Shown: positions 37,523 through 46,010 of the stretch, in pieces | Position numbering within the stretch: position 1 is the stretch's first letter | Layout of the letters: each line of letters starts with the position of its first letter | Source: Candidatus Sigynarchaeum calidifontis | Lineage (GTDB): Archaea > Asgardarchaeota > Lokiarchaeia > Sigyniarchaeales > Sigyniarchaeaceae | DNA: 64,000 nucleotides | NCBI GenBank assembly: GCA_030587475.2 | Contig: JAUQYZ020000078.1 | Location: 22,113 to 86,112, forward strand | Direction of reading: 5' to 3' | The notes under the pieces: generated by a model | The model's input: only the letters and a program-made list of their open reading frames with translations | Told to the model about the DNA's origin: nothing | Databases searched by the model: none | Translations under genes and position numbers: made by a program

Positions 37523-37658
37523 TACAAGCGCGGGCCTTCGTTGATTCCACGGTGGCCTATTTATTTCCTTCACGGCTTGCAACATGACCAGTTCTTCTCC
37601 TTTGGAAGCGGTGATGATCCTTCCTGTCGGGTTCGCAGTGCCATCCCATCATGCCGGC

Positions 37659-38333
37659 TCATTTTAATATCTTGCCGGTTTCCATGAACCAGAGGTACAA
37701 GTCCAGCTCACCCAAATTCAAATCCGCTTTGCCCGCGATGCCCCGCAATATCCCCTCTATCTCGAGATATTTCTTCTTGCTGAGTGCTTTCGGTTTCTCG
37801 ACGAGCCCGTGTGCCGAGAGCAAGTTAATGATGTGAAAATCGATAATTGCCACGTTTTCGTAGCCGACATTACGCATGAAGTGGCTACTTTCCTTGTATC
37901 CGAACCCATCGATGTGCCCGACGAGCCATTCCCGCAGCGCTTGCTGTTCGTCGCCGAATGAGTCCAATATTTGCTTCAAGGTCTCGCGATACCGACATGC
38001 GCTCGCGAGGAACCGTCCCTTGTTGTTATAAAACCTGCCGCCATTTTCTTTGAGCAAGATAGTGAAGTCCTCTGGGCAAGAACACGTGAGAAATTTCTCG
38101 CCAATGGCAGCGTGGATTTTTAAGCTCGCTTCGGCCCCGCAATTGCCCGTCAAGATGCAAAAGCATAATTCCTTGAAATTATCGTGACTCGACCTTGTCC
38201 GGAACGATTTAAACTCGGCCATGCGCTGGTTGATTACGTTCTTCGTGTTAGACCGCTTCAAGGCCTCGATCTTGTCCAGCAGCTCGGTTTCACCAGGCAT
38301 CGGGTCGAGGAGCTGGCGGGGGCTGTAAAACAT
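37659..38333 (-). CDS. ogg: 8-oxoguanine N-glycosylase/DNA lyase (archaeal Ogg2 type)
   Basis: ELCFCILT, RFYNNK, HhH GFGYKESSHFMRNVG, AIIDFHI, LDLYLWFMETGKILK. Start uncertain (38366/38333/38300). Confidence 0.92.
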   Translation of the reverse strand: MFYSPRQLLDPMPGETELLDKIEALKRSNTKNVINQRMAEFKSFRTRSSHDNFKELCFCILTGNCGAEASLKIHAAIGEKFLTCSCPEDFTILLKENGGRFYNNKGRFLASACRYRETLKQILDSFGDEQQALREWLVGHIDGFGYKESSHFMRNVGYENVAIIDFHIINLLSAHGLVEKPKALSKKKYLEIEGILRGIAGKADLNLGELDLYLWFMETGKILK

Positions 38334-38373
38334 GTCGCCTTTCAAAAAAAAGATCTTGGGCGGCACGGTGGCA

Positions 38374-38661
38374 CTAAGGAGGCGAGCTGGACCGCTTTGC
38401 TGCCCTCCGCCTCAACAAGTAAGCCAGGATGCAGCTGAACGCTATCGATATCGAGCCAACGACCAAGAGGACGTACAACCCGGTAACCACGTCCGGTTCT
38501 TTGCCGAGCACTGCCAGATGGAATTTCACGATCGACGTGATGAAAGCATCGAGAATGATGAACATCGCGACGGTTGCCGCGATGACGATGAGGTTGTCCC
38601 TGTTGGAGCCCCGGTCCCGCGTTTCTGCCAGTCCTGCCGGTTCTGCCGTGCCCGTGTTCAT
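38374..38661 (-). CDS. Small 2-TM membrane protein
   Basis: Two hydrophobic helices and a basic tail; ATG overlaps the upstream stop (ATGA). Confidence 0.55.
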   Translation of the reverse strand: MNTGTAEPAGLAETRDRGSNRDNLIVIAATVAMFIILDAFITSIVKFHLAVLGKEPDVVTGLYVLLVVGSISIAFSCILAYLLRRRAAKRSSSPP

Positions 38662-39680
38662 ATGTAACACGCCTTGTCGATGCTCTGGATCCATGGCTTA
38701 ACCGTCTTCACGAGCCCGGGGAAAAACTTCTGGCACTCGGCGATCGCGCACAAAGCGCCCGTGAGCTTGTGGGTATTCCGGTAATTCTTGAAGACGAAGT
38801 CCTTGTCGTTCAATTGCTTTTCTGCCGTGGCAAGAGCTTTGGATATTGCGGCCTGCACGTCGTCCCTCCGGTATCCGCCGGCGTTGCGGGAGGAACGGGT
38901 CAAGGAATATATTCCATCAAGGTCCCTGCAATAGATCGGCCCTGGCCCCCATAAGCCGTTGTCTGATTTCTGGAAACGCAGGGTCCAGTCGACTACCTTC
39001 TCGGGATACGGCCATTTCTTGCCCATGTACTCGTACACGTAATACATGTGGAATGCGCCGAACATGTCATGCGGATGCGGCTTCCTCGCGAGGATCTTGT
39101 GTCGCCAACCCCTGCGCCAGAAACCCGTTTCGGGATCGGCCTCTTTATCGAACCACGCGAAGTACCAGTCGAAGAATGCCTTCGTGCCCTCGCCGGTCAT
39201 GGCAAGGGTGGCCGGCACGCCCGACCAGACATGGGAGCCGCTCCATATCAAGCTCCATTCCGCGCGACGCCATTGCCTGGTCCAGGCGAGCATGGCTTTC
39301 TCGTCCTTGATGATGGCGTCTTTCCAAGCCATGGGGTACGCGGGCTTCCGGCCGATGAGGTGCAAGGCGCACGTGCAATAGGCCGTCGTGTGTTCCCAGA
39401 AGTGAGCCTTGGCATAATCTTTGTAATATTTGCCGGTAGCGGGATCCTGGAACCGGTTGATGGTCGCGGCCCAATCGTCCTTTTGTCCCTCCGTGAGCCC
39501 GTCGAGCTTGTTTATGATGTACATGCTGATGAGCGTGTCGGCCGTGCCATACGAGTCGATGGTGCCACCCGGAGCAAAGCTGTAATCGCCGATGCCAGGG
39601 CCGACTTTATATTGCTTGAGCCATTCGGGGAATATCTTTTCCTGGAAGGTGGTGAAGTCGAATTGCTTGGCCGGCGTCAT
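38658..39680 (-). CDS. Hypothetical alpha/alpha-toroid protein (prenyltransferase/squalene-cyclase-repeat-like)
   Basis: QW-like repeats INRFQDPATGKY, DKEADPETGFW and LRFQKSDNGLW. Confidence 0.55.
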   Translation of the reverse strand: MTPAKQFDFTTFQEKIFPEWLKQYKVGPGIGDYSFAPGGTIDSYGTADTLISMYIINKLDGLTEGQKDDWAATINRFQDPATGKYYKDYAKAHFWEHTTAYCTCALHLIGRKPAYPMAWKDAIIKDEKAMLAWTRQWRRAEWSLIWSGSHVWSGVPATLAMTGEGTKAFFDWYFAWFDKEADPETGFWRRGWRHKILARKPHPHDMFGAFHMYYVYEYMGKKWPYPEKVVDWTLRFQKSDNGLWGPGPIYCRDLDGIYSLTRSSRNAGGYRRDDVQAAISKALATAEKQLNDKDFVFKNYRNTHKLTGALCAIAECQKFFPGLVKTVKPWIQSIDKACYI

Positions 39681-39772
39681 TCTTCTACCACGTGAACCTT
39701 GGGTCGGTGGTGTGCTTATATCTATGTCACGTGATTTAGATATGATATAGCCTGGTGACCAAGGTATTCATC

Positions 39773-41509
39773 ATGTCTAAAACCGTTGAAACCCTCGATT
39801 TTTCCAACATCGGTCGCGAGAAGGTGTTGGCCAAGCTCCGGTCCGACGAGTTCGACCTCTTGATCATCGGTGGGGGCGTGACCGGGGCCGGGATCGCCCG
39901 GGACGCTACGATGCGTGGATTCAACGTGGCGCTCGTGGATAAAAACGACTTCGCGTTTGGAACGTCAAGCCGATCGTCCAAGATGGCTCACGGCGGCGTT
40001 CGCTACTTGAACAAGGGAGAATTTGGCCTGGTCAAGGAATCCGAGGCGGAACGGAACTGGCTGCGCAATGATTTCCCGAACCTCGTCCGGCCGCTCCCGA
40101 TCGTCGTCCCGAGCTTCGAGGGCGAGAAACTCTCCAAGTTTCTCTTGAAGCTCGTTGTATTTTTCTACAATCTCCTGGACAAGGGAAAAAACTTCAAGAA
40201 AGCATACATCGTCAAGGATCTCGCGAAGATCAAGGAGATGGAGCCGGGACTCACGACGAACGGCCTGCTCGGCTTCGCCGTCATATACGACACGAACGTT
40301 GACGATGCGCGGCTCACGATCGAGACCATCAAGGAGGCAATCTTCACGGGCAAGTGCGTGGCCGCGAATTATGTCAAGGTCACCCGCTTGGAGCATGATG
40401 CAACAACAGGCAAGTGCTGCGGCGCGTGGGTGATCGATCAGGAGAAACAAGGCGGCGAGTTTCTCGTGAAGGCCAAGATCGTGGTCAATGCAACGGGCAT
40501 CTGGACGGACGACATTCTCCAAAAAAAACCCGCGGGATACCCGCCTCGCGTGATCCGGCCGACGAAGGGTGTCCACATCATTTTCAAGCAAGAGGATGTT
40601 CCTATCAATAGCGGCTTCGGCATCTCGTCGCACATCGACGGTCGCTTCTACTTCGTGTTGCGCCGCGAGAACCACGTGGTCATCGGGACGACCGACACGG
40701 ATTATAAAGACTCCCCGGACGACCCCGTATGCACGAAGGAGGATGCCGAATACTTGCTGTCGACCGTGCGCATCAAGTTCCCTAGTGCAAAGGCTGATTT
40801 TGACCACATCGTCGGCAGCTACGCTGGCGTGCGTCCGCTAGTCGCCCCCCGCGCGAAAAAGGGCAAGGAACCGTCGGAAAGCGCGGTTTCTCGCGACCAC
40901 GAGATCATCCACGCCGATGACGACCTGCTCTCGATATGCGGCGGCAAGCTTACCACGTTCCGGGTCATGGCCGAGGATATCATGCTCAAGGAGGTGCTCC
41001 CCCTCGCCCGCAAGCGAATACCTGGTCGGAGGTTCGATGCCACGAAGGGCATCGCTCGCAAGCCTTATCTCATCGGGATGACCCGGCCTGAATGGGATGC
41101 CCACCCGCTCGTCAAGGAATTCGCCGGCAGCGGCAAGCTTGACGGAGAACAGCTGGCGCACCTTCACCGGCAATACGGCAAGGCAGCGATTCCCATCCTT
41201 GAGATCGCCAAGGATGATGCGAAGCTGCTCGAGCGGCTCGTCCCGTCCGAGAGCACGAAGTACGCGCCGTGGATACTCGCTGAAATCAAGTACACGGTGC
41301 TTCACGATTGTCCAGTCCATCTCGTCGATATCCTCGCCCGACGGCTCGAGTTCCAATGGATGGTACACCCGTCAAAGCAACCCGCGGCGGCCCGCGTGGT
41401 GGCTGCACTCGCCGGGAGCTTGCTCGGCTGGGACAAAACCCGGCAAGAAAAAGAGGTCGAGGACTACATCGCGTACGTGATGAAGAACAGCTTTTTTATC
41501 TCGAAATAA
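39773..41509 (+). CDS. glpD: FAD-dependent glycerol-3-phosphate dehydrogenase/oxidase
   Basis: IIGGGVTGAGIARDA, GTSSRSSKMAHGGVRYL, DDARL, VNATGIW, GTTD, AGVRPL, SRDH, GGKLTTFR. Confidence 0.93.
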   Translation: MSKTVETLDFSNIGREKVLAKLRSDEFDLLIIGGGVTGAGIARDATMRGFNVALVDKNDFAFGTSSRSSKMAHGGVRYLNKGEFGLVKESEAERNWLRNDFPNLVRPLPIVVPSFEGEKLSKFLLKLVVFFYNLLDKGKNFKKAYIVKDLAKIKEMEPGLTTNGLLGFAVIYDTNVDDARLTIETIKEAIFTGKCVAANYVKVTRLEHDATTGKCCGAWVIDQEKQGGEFLVKAKIVVNATGIWTDDILQKKPAGYPPRVIRPTKGVHIIFKQEDVPINSGFGISSHIDGRFYFVLRRENHVVIGTTDTDYKDSPDDPVCTKEDAEYLLSTVRIKFPSAKADFDHIVGSYAGVRPLVAPRAKKGKEPSESAVSRDHEIIHADDDLLSICGGKLTTFRVMAEDIMLKEVLPLARKRIPGRRFDATKGIARKPYLIGMTRPEWDAHPLVKEFAGSGKLDGEQLAHLHRQYGKAAIPILEIAKDDAKLLERLVPSESTKYAPWILAEIKYTVLHDCPVHLVDILARRLEFQWMVHPSKQPAAARVVAALAGSLLGWDKTRQEKEVEDYIAYVMKNSFFISK

Positions 41510-41566
41510 TCCTTTTTTCTTTTCCCTTAAGGGAGACGGGGCATTCTCCGTCCTGGGGAATCGCGC

Positions 41567-42778
41567 ATGAACGGCCGCCTCTTGACTTTCCATGTCTCGT
41601 ATTTCTCGGTCTTATTTGCACGGGCATTGATCCACGCGTATTTACCATTGTCCTTGTTGCAATACACGAACGCATCGATGTTCATCGTCGGGCTCAATTA
41701 TGCGATCCCTTACATCTCGCAGCTCACGACCATGGTATATTTCGGCAAGGTACTAGACAACGGGACATCATCGAGGCGCTATGACTTCCTGGTCATCCTC
41801 GGTTTCTCGGCATTGGCCATGCAGTTCGTTCTTTTTTATATCATGGGAAACGGGAGCCCAGATGCCGTGATTTTCCTTGTCGTTTCGATCGTTTGCAATT
41901 TACTTGCAACTGCCTACGTGCCGGCTGTGAAAAAATACGTGTCGGCATTAAAAACTCGTGCAAAGCAAGGTTCCGCGTTGTCATCACTCGGGGCGGTCGA
42001 GTCCATGTCTTTCGGTATGGGCAGCATTCTCGGTGGTTTCGCGTTTCAAACAGTTGGCATCAACGTACTTTTTCTCGTTGCCACGATATCGGCGGCCGGT
42101 GGCATCGTCTTGATCATCGCCGGGCGCCCGTTCGTGCTAGTCGAAGGTACCTTTCAAAGTAATTCTCAGATCGCGGTACCTGTTCTGGGCGCGAGCGATG
42201 TGGGCGCGCAACCTGAAGGCCTGAAAATATTCCTTAATTTCATCGAGATCGCGGCCTTCGTCATCATCCTCAACGTGTCCATCGGTTTATTCTTCCCGTT
42301 CTATTCCCCGTACATGGATAGCCTTCACGGCGAGCCGTTCTTGATCGGGACGAGTAACTTGATCACCGCAATTCTCGGGACGCTCGTGTACAAGGTCCTT
42401 GGTAGATCTTTAGACAAAAAACACCCGCATTTTCCCTTCGTGTATGGTTCGGTGGGTTACATCGTCGTGTTTCTCATTTTCATCGTGACGACGAATCCGA
42501 TCGTTGCACTCGTATCCTGGGCGATCCCGGTCTACCCTTACTTCATCGGGGTGAACTACATCGTGGCCATAATGACCCCACTCCAGCGCCGCGGCCGCGC
42601 TTTCGCGATCGTGACCATCGCCCAGATCGCGGGCATTGCGGCGGGGGCGATCGTCGGGGGCCTCTTGCTCTCCGTGCCGGGCATCACGTTCGCGCATGTC
42701 TTGACGATCGCCACGATCGGCTTGTGCATCTCTCTTGCGATTTTCGCGCGCGCGTGGCTCACGAGAAGGCGGCGATGA
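41567..42778 (+). CDS. MFS transporter
   Basis: About 12 TM; motif-A-like FGKVLD and LGRSLDKK; RRGRAFAI; GSILGG. Confidence 0.85.
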   Translation: MNGRLLTFHVSYFSVLFARALIHAYLPLSLLQYTNASMFIVGLNYAIPYISQLTTMVYFGKVLDNGTSSRRYDFLVILGFSALAMQFVLFYIMGNGSPDAVIFLVVSIVCNLLATAYVPAVKKYVSALKTRAKQGSALSSLGAVESMSFGMGSILGGFAFQTVGINVLFLVATISAAGGIVLIIAGRPFVLVEGTFQSNSQIAVPVLGASDVGAQPEGLKIFLNFIEIAAFVIILNVSIGLFFPFYSPYMDSLHGEPFLIGTSNLITAILGTLVYKVLGRSLDKKHPHFPFVYGSVGYIVVFLIFIVTTNPIVALVSWAIPVYPYFIGVNYIVAIMTPLQRRGRAFAIVTIAQIAGIAAGAIVGGLLLSVPGITFAHVLTIATIGLCISLAIFARAWLTRRRR

Positions 42779-42824
42779 TCGACGTGTCTTGTAAATTATC
42801 ACATAACGGAAAAAAGAAATGAAT

Positions 42825-44567
42825 TCACGCCGAAACGGTGCTTGATTTACCTGGCCTGGTGTCTTGCATCAACTTGCGGTAGCTTGGCGCGAGTTTCAGC
42901 AGCAAGCAGCGCTTCCGGGGGTCGACGACGAGCTGGGCCTCCATAGTCTCGAGGGGCGTCTTCTTGACCTTCATGACGAGCGCCGCGAACGCGACGTACG
43001 CGGCGCACGACCACGCAATCCACGAGGCGAGCTGCCCCGCGTCCATTGAAGCAAAATAATTGCCGAACGCGGCGAATCCGTTTAGATATTTGCGATCATC
43101 ATCACCCCATTCGACATAAATCGGAAATACCTCTTCCTTGGGCTCGATCACGACGACATCGTGCGTGTTAGCTTTTAGCGTGGTGAATATCTCCGTCACG
43201 TTCGAGGGATCATTGAGTGTAACGCGCACGAAGGATGGGACTTCACCGTTCATGTGCTCGTCCGAACCCGCGATGCATGCAAGGCCGTTCGCGATGCAAT
43301 AGTCCCGGATCGAAAGCGGATACACTTGGCCGCCGTTGACAACCTCAAACCCGTCGACGCCCCAATCGCGAAGCTGATCGAACGTGTAGGGCCAACCGGG
43401 CCAGCCAGTGTAGTGATTCACGACGACGAACCCGTTATTTGCCTTCACGGTCGCGATCATGTCGCTGACGTTCAAGTACAGGGTATCGGAATACCCGAGG
43501 CTCGCTTGATCCTCGGGCGCGATGGCAAAATCGATACCGAAAATGTTCAAGTGAATCGGGGTGTCGTCGTGCCGCGTGTATTCCTCGCCTTTGATGACGG
43601 TAAAGGGCAAGCGGTTCTGCTCCACGTATGCCATCGCCCGGCTCCAGCCGCGGATGTTGTCGTGGTCCGTGAACGCCGCGCCGCTGATGCCTTGCTGGAT
43701 GTACCAATCGACCCGCGCCTCGGGCGACAACGACCCGTCGCTGTACCACGTGTGCACGTGGAAATCGAATAAATACTCGTTCGGCCCGAGAGTTGCAACG
43801 ATGCGGCGCGTGGGCAGCGGGACGCTCTCGAGCGCGTAGGTTATGGCAAGGAACATCAGCCCGATGCTCAAGAAATATCGCGGCTCCCGCCCGAGCACGT
43901 CGGGGATCTTGTGCGCCCAATATCTCCATGATGTCCGCGGTAAATCCTTCCATGCCTTGCGGATCTTGACCCGGAACGTGAACTTGTGGACTAACAGCGT
44001 GGCCAGGCTGTACATGACCTTAAGCCCGAGTGCACCAACGAGGGTCCACGCGATTATGAGTATTCCACCCATAAAATAATTGTTCACGGGCTGGAACCCT
44101 GTCGTGATATATGCGATCAACACGACCAGCGCGCCGATGCCGACGGCCATGAGCGCATACTTCCAGAAGAAATTCACGACGTGTCGTGCATGTTCCATGA
44201 CAATCTCGACCTTCCGGTTCAGTTTTCCGTTCACCCTGAGCACCACCTTCTCGATGAGCAAGAACACGACGCGCGCCACGATGTAAAGGGTTGACACGAG
44301 CACGAGGACGCCGATTGGGTTAGCCGCCGCCGTGAACGTGAAAGCCGAGAACGGCTCGAGCATGTATCGCCACGCGGACATCTCGATCGAATATTCCGCG
44401 GACACGTCATTTCCCGTAATCACGTCGGTGAACGTGGCCTCCCCCGTCGGGATCGCAAACAGCACGGCGAGCATCACGATCCATGCAGCGACCATGGCTC
44501 CCGCGATGACGAGCAAAACATGCGCTTTCGGGAATCTCTTTATCATGGGTCGGATCTCGAAGACCAC
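42825..44567 (-). CDS. Membrane-embedded PHP-domain phosphoesterase
   Basis: About 5 N-terminal TM, then DFHVHTWYSDG, FTDHD, GEE, NH, DGFEVVN, GSDEH; one C-terminal TM. Confidence 0.85.
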   Translation of the reverse strand: MVFEIRPMIKRFPKAHVLLVIAGAMVAAWIVMLAVLFAIPTGEATFTDVITGNDVSAEYSIEMSAWRYMLEPFSAFTFTAAANPIGVLVLVSTLYIVARVVFLLIEKVVLRVNGKLNRKVEIVMEHARHVVNFFWKYALMAVGIGALVVLIAYITTGFQPVNNYFMGGILIIAWTLVGALGLKVMYSLATLLVHKFTFRVKIRKAWKDLPRTSWRYWAHKIPDVLGREPRYFLSIGLMFLAITYALESVPLPTRRIVATLGPNEYLFDFHVHTWYSDGSLSPEARVDWYIQQGISGAAFTDHDNIRGWSRAMAYVEQNRLPFTVIKGEEYTRHDDTPIHLNIFGIDFAIAPEDQASLGYSDTLYLNVSDMIATVKANNGFVVVNHYTGWPGWPYTFDQLRDWGVDGFEVVNGGQVYPLSIRDYCIANGLACIAGSDEHMNGEVPSFVRVTLNDPSNVTEIFTTLKANTHDVVVIEPKEEVFPIYVEWGDDDRKYLNGFAAFGNYFASMDAGQLASWIAWSCAAYVAFAALVMKVKKTPLETMEAQLVVDPRKRCLLLKLAPSYRKLMQDTRPGKSSTVSA

Positions 44568-44646
44568 CTTTTTAAACCAATATCCTAATTTTCATGATGG
44601 CATGCGCCGGATGCAGTCGCGGCGACACGGCACGCGAAGTTCGGGA

Positions 44647-44653
44647 TTTAAAA
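44647..44653 (+). promoter_or_regulatory. Candidate TATA box in the divergent PHP/PolB2-operon intergenic region
   Basis: TTTAAAA island within a very GC-rich intergenic stretch. Confidence 0.35.
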
Positions 44654-44824
44654 GCATCCGTGGAAAAACCCCGGCAGCGCGGGCGCGCAACGGCTAGCTT
44701 GCCCCGTCGGCATCCACGGGCTCGACAAAAAGCGGCACGCGGCGATCGTGGCGCACGCCGTTCAGAAATTTCATGCACACGCGGCATTCATTTTCGACGA
44801 TAACGGATCGCCAGGCCAAGCATC

Positions 44825-45721
44825 ATGGAATTCATCCACGAGAACGTGACAATGGTTGACAGCGATGCACTCGCACGTGCGTCGGGCTGCGCGATCCTGC
44901 ACACGGGAACGCCGCCCCTGGACGAGATCCTGTCTCCGGATTACGTGGCGAGTCCCAAGAACCTGCAAGAGCGACAAAAAGCAGCGCGAAGCGGTGGCAT
45001 GGTGCCCGGCATCCTGCACGTGCTCGCTGGCCCCCAGCACTTGCTGAGCCGCGTGCTCATGCGGCTCGCGGTCGTGGCGCAGCTGCCGCCCGTCGACGGC
45101 GGCGCGGGCGCGGCGCGCGTCTTCTACGTCGAGCTCAACAACTTCTTCGACCCGTACCTCGTGTCACAAATCGCGATGGAACGTGCACTCAACCCGGGGA
45201 GCGTTTTAGAGCGCATCGACATCGCCCGCGGGTTCAACTGGGACCAGGCGGTCGAAATCGTCGGCAAGGCGCTGCCAGCCAAGGTCGTCCCCCGGTCTGT
45301 CGTGCTGATCTCTGGCCTCACGACATACATGGACCCGTCGGACGCGGCGAGCTTTGAAGGCTTGCGCGAGATGGTCGGCGGGCTCAAGCGCTGCCAGCAA
45401 GCGGCCCCGGTTTACCTGGCCGCGACGTGCCCCGTCGCGGACGGCTCGACGTACAAGCCGCGCGGCGGCCACATGCTCTACCACCACGCCGGTGCCATCG
45501 TGGTCGTGAACGGGCCGCGGGAAACGCGCTCCGGGAGCAAGCTAACCGAGTGGGTGCTCGTGCGGCACGTCGCGTTCCCCGGGCGCGTCTTGCAGTGGTG
45601 GGACCACGCGGCCGCGGAGAAAAAGGCCGCGAGACGGCTCGCGGGCCGCGCGCGGAGGGGCGACCTCTCGACGTTCCGCACGCTGGATGATTTCGCGGGC
45701 AGGCCGCGAGGTGGTGGCTAG
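44825..45721 (+). CDS. Inactivated RadA/RecA-like protein associated with PolB2
   Basis: HTGTPPLDEIL, FYVELNNFFDPY, LERIDIARGFN, GGHMLYH; Walker A degenerate (LAGPQHLLS); first gene of the PolB2 cassette. Confidence 0.8.
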   Translation: MEFIHENVTMVDSDALARASGCAILHTGTPPLDEILSPDYVASPKNLQERQKAARSGGMVPGILHVLAGPQHLLSRVLMRLAVVAQLPPVDGGAGAARVFYVELNNFFDPYLVSQIAMERALNPGSVLERIDIARGFNWDQAVEIVGKALPAKVVPRSVVLISGLTTYMDPSDAASFEGLREMVGGLKRCQQAAPVYLAATCPVADGSTYKPRGGHMLYHHAGAIVVVNGPRETRSGSKLTEWVLVRHVAFPGRVLQWWDHAAAEKKAARRLAGRARRGDLSTFRTLDDFAGRPRGGG

Positions 45722-45722
45722 C

Positions 45723-46010
45723 ATGGGCCGCACGGTCTTGTCGTACCGGCAAGCACTCAACCGGGAAGTGGAGAGCTGGAGCGAGTTCCGGCGCGGGCTG
45801 TCCCCCGCCGACCAGGCGATCTTCGACGAGGTCGCCAACCTGGCCCGGCAGCACGCCGACGCGTCGAGCCTCGCGGCGCGGCCCGTCATCGTCGAGAACG
45901 TGTTCATGTCCGCCATCGTCGGCTTGCTGGGCAAGCTCAAGGCCCTGGAAGCGCGGGTGGACGAGCTCGAGCGGCGGCTCTCGGGCAGCAGCGGGGCGGC
46001 GGGCAAGTGA
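45723..46010 (+). CDS. Small helical PolB2-associated protein (arCOG07300-like)
   Basis: MGRTVLSYR...WSEFRRGL...DQAIFDEV signature; stop overlaps the PolB2 start (GTGA). Confidence 0.82.
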   Translation: MGRTVLSYRQALNREVESWSEFRRGLSPADQAIFDEVANLARQHADASSLAARPVIVENVFMSAIVGLLGKLKALEARVDELERRLSGSSGAAGK

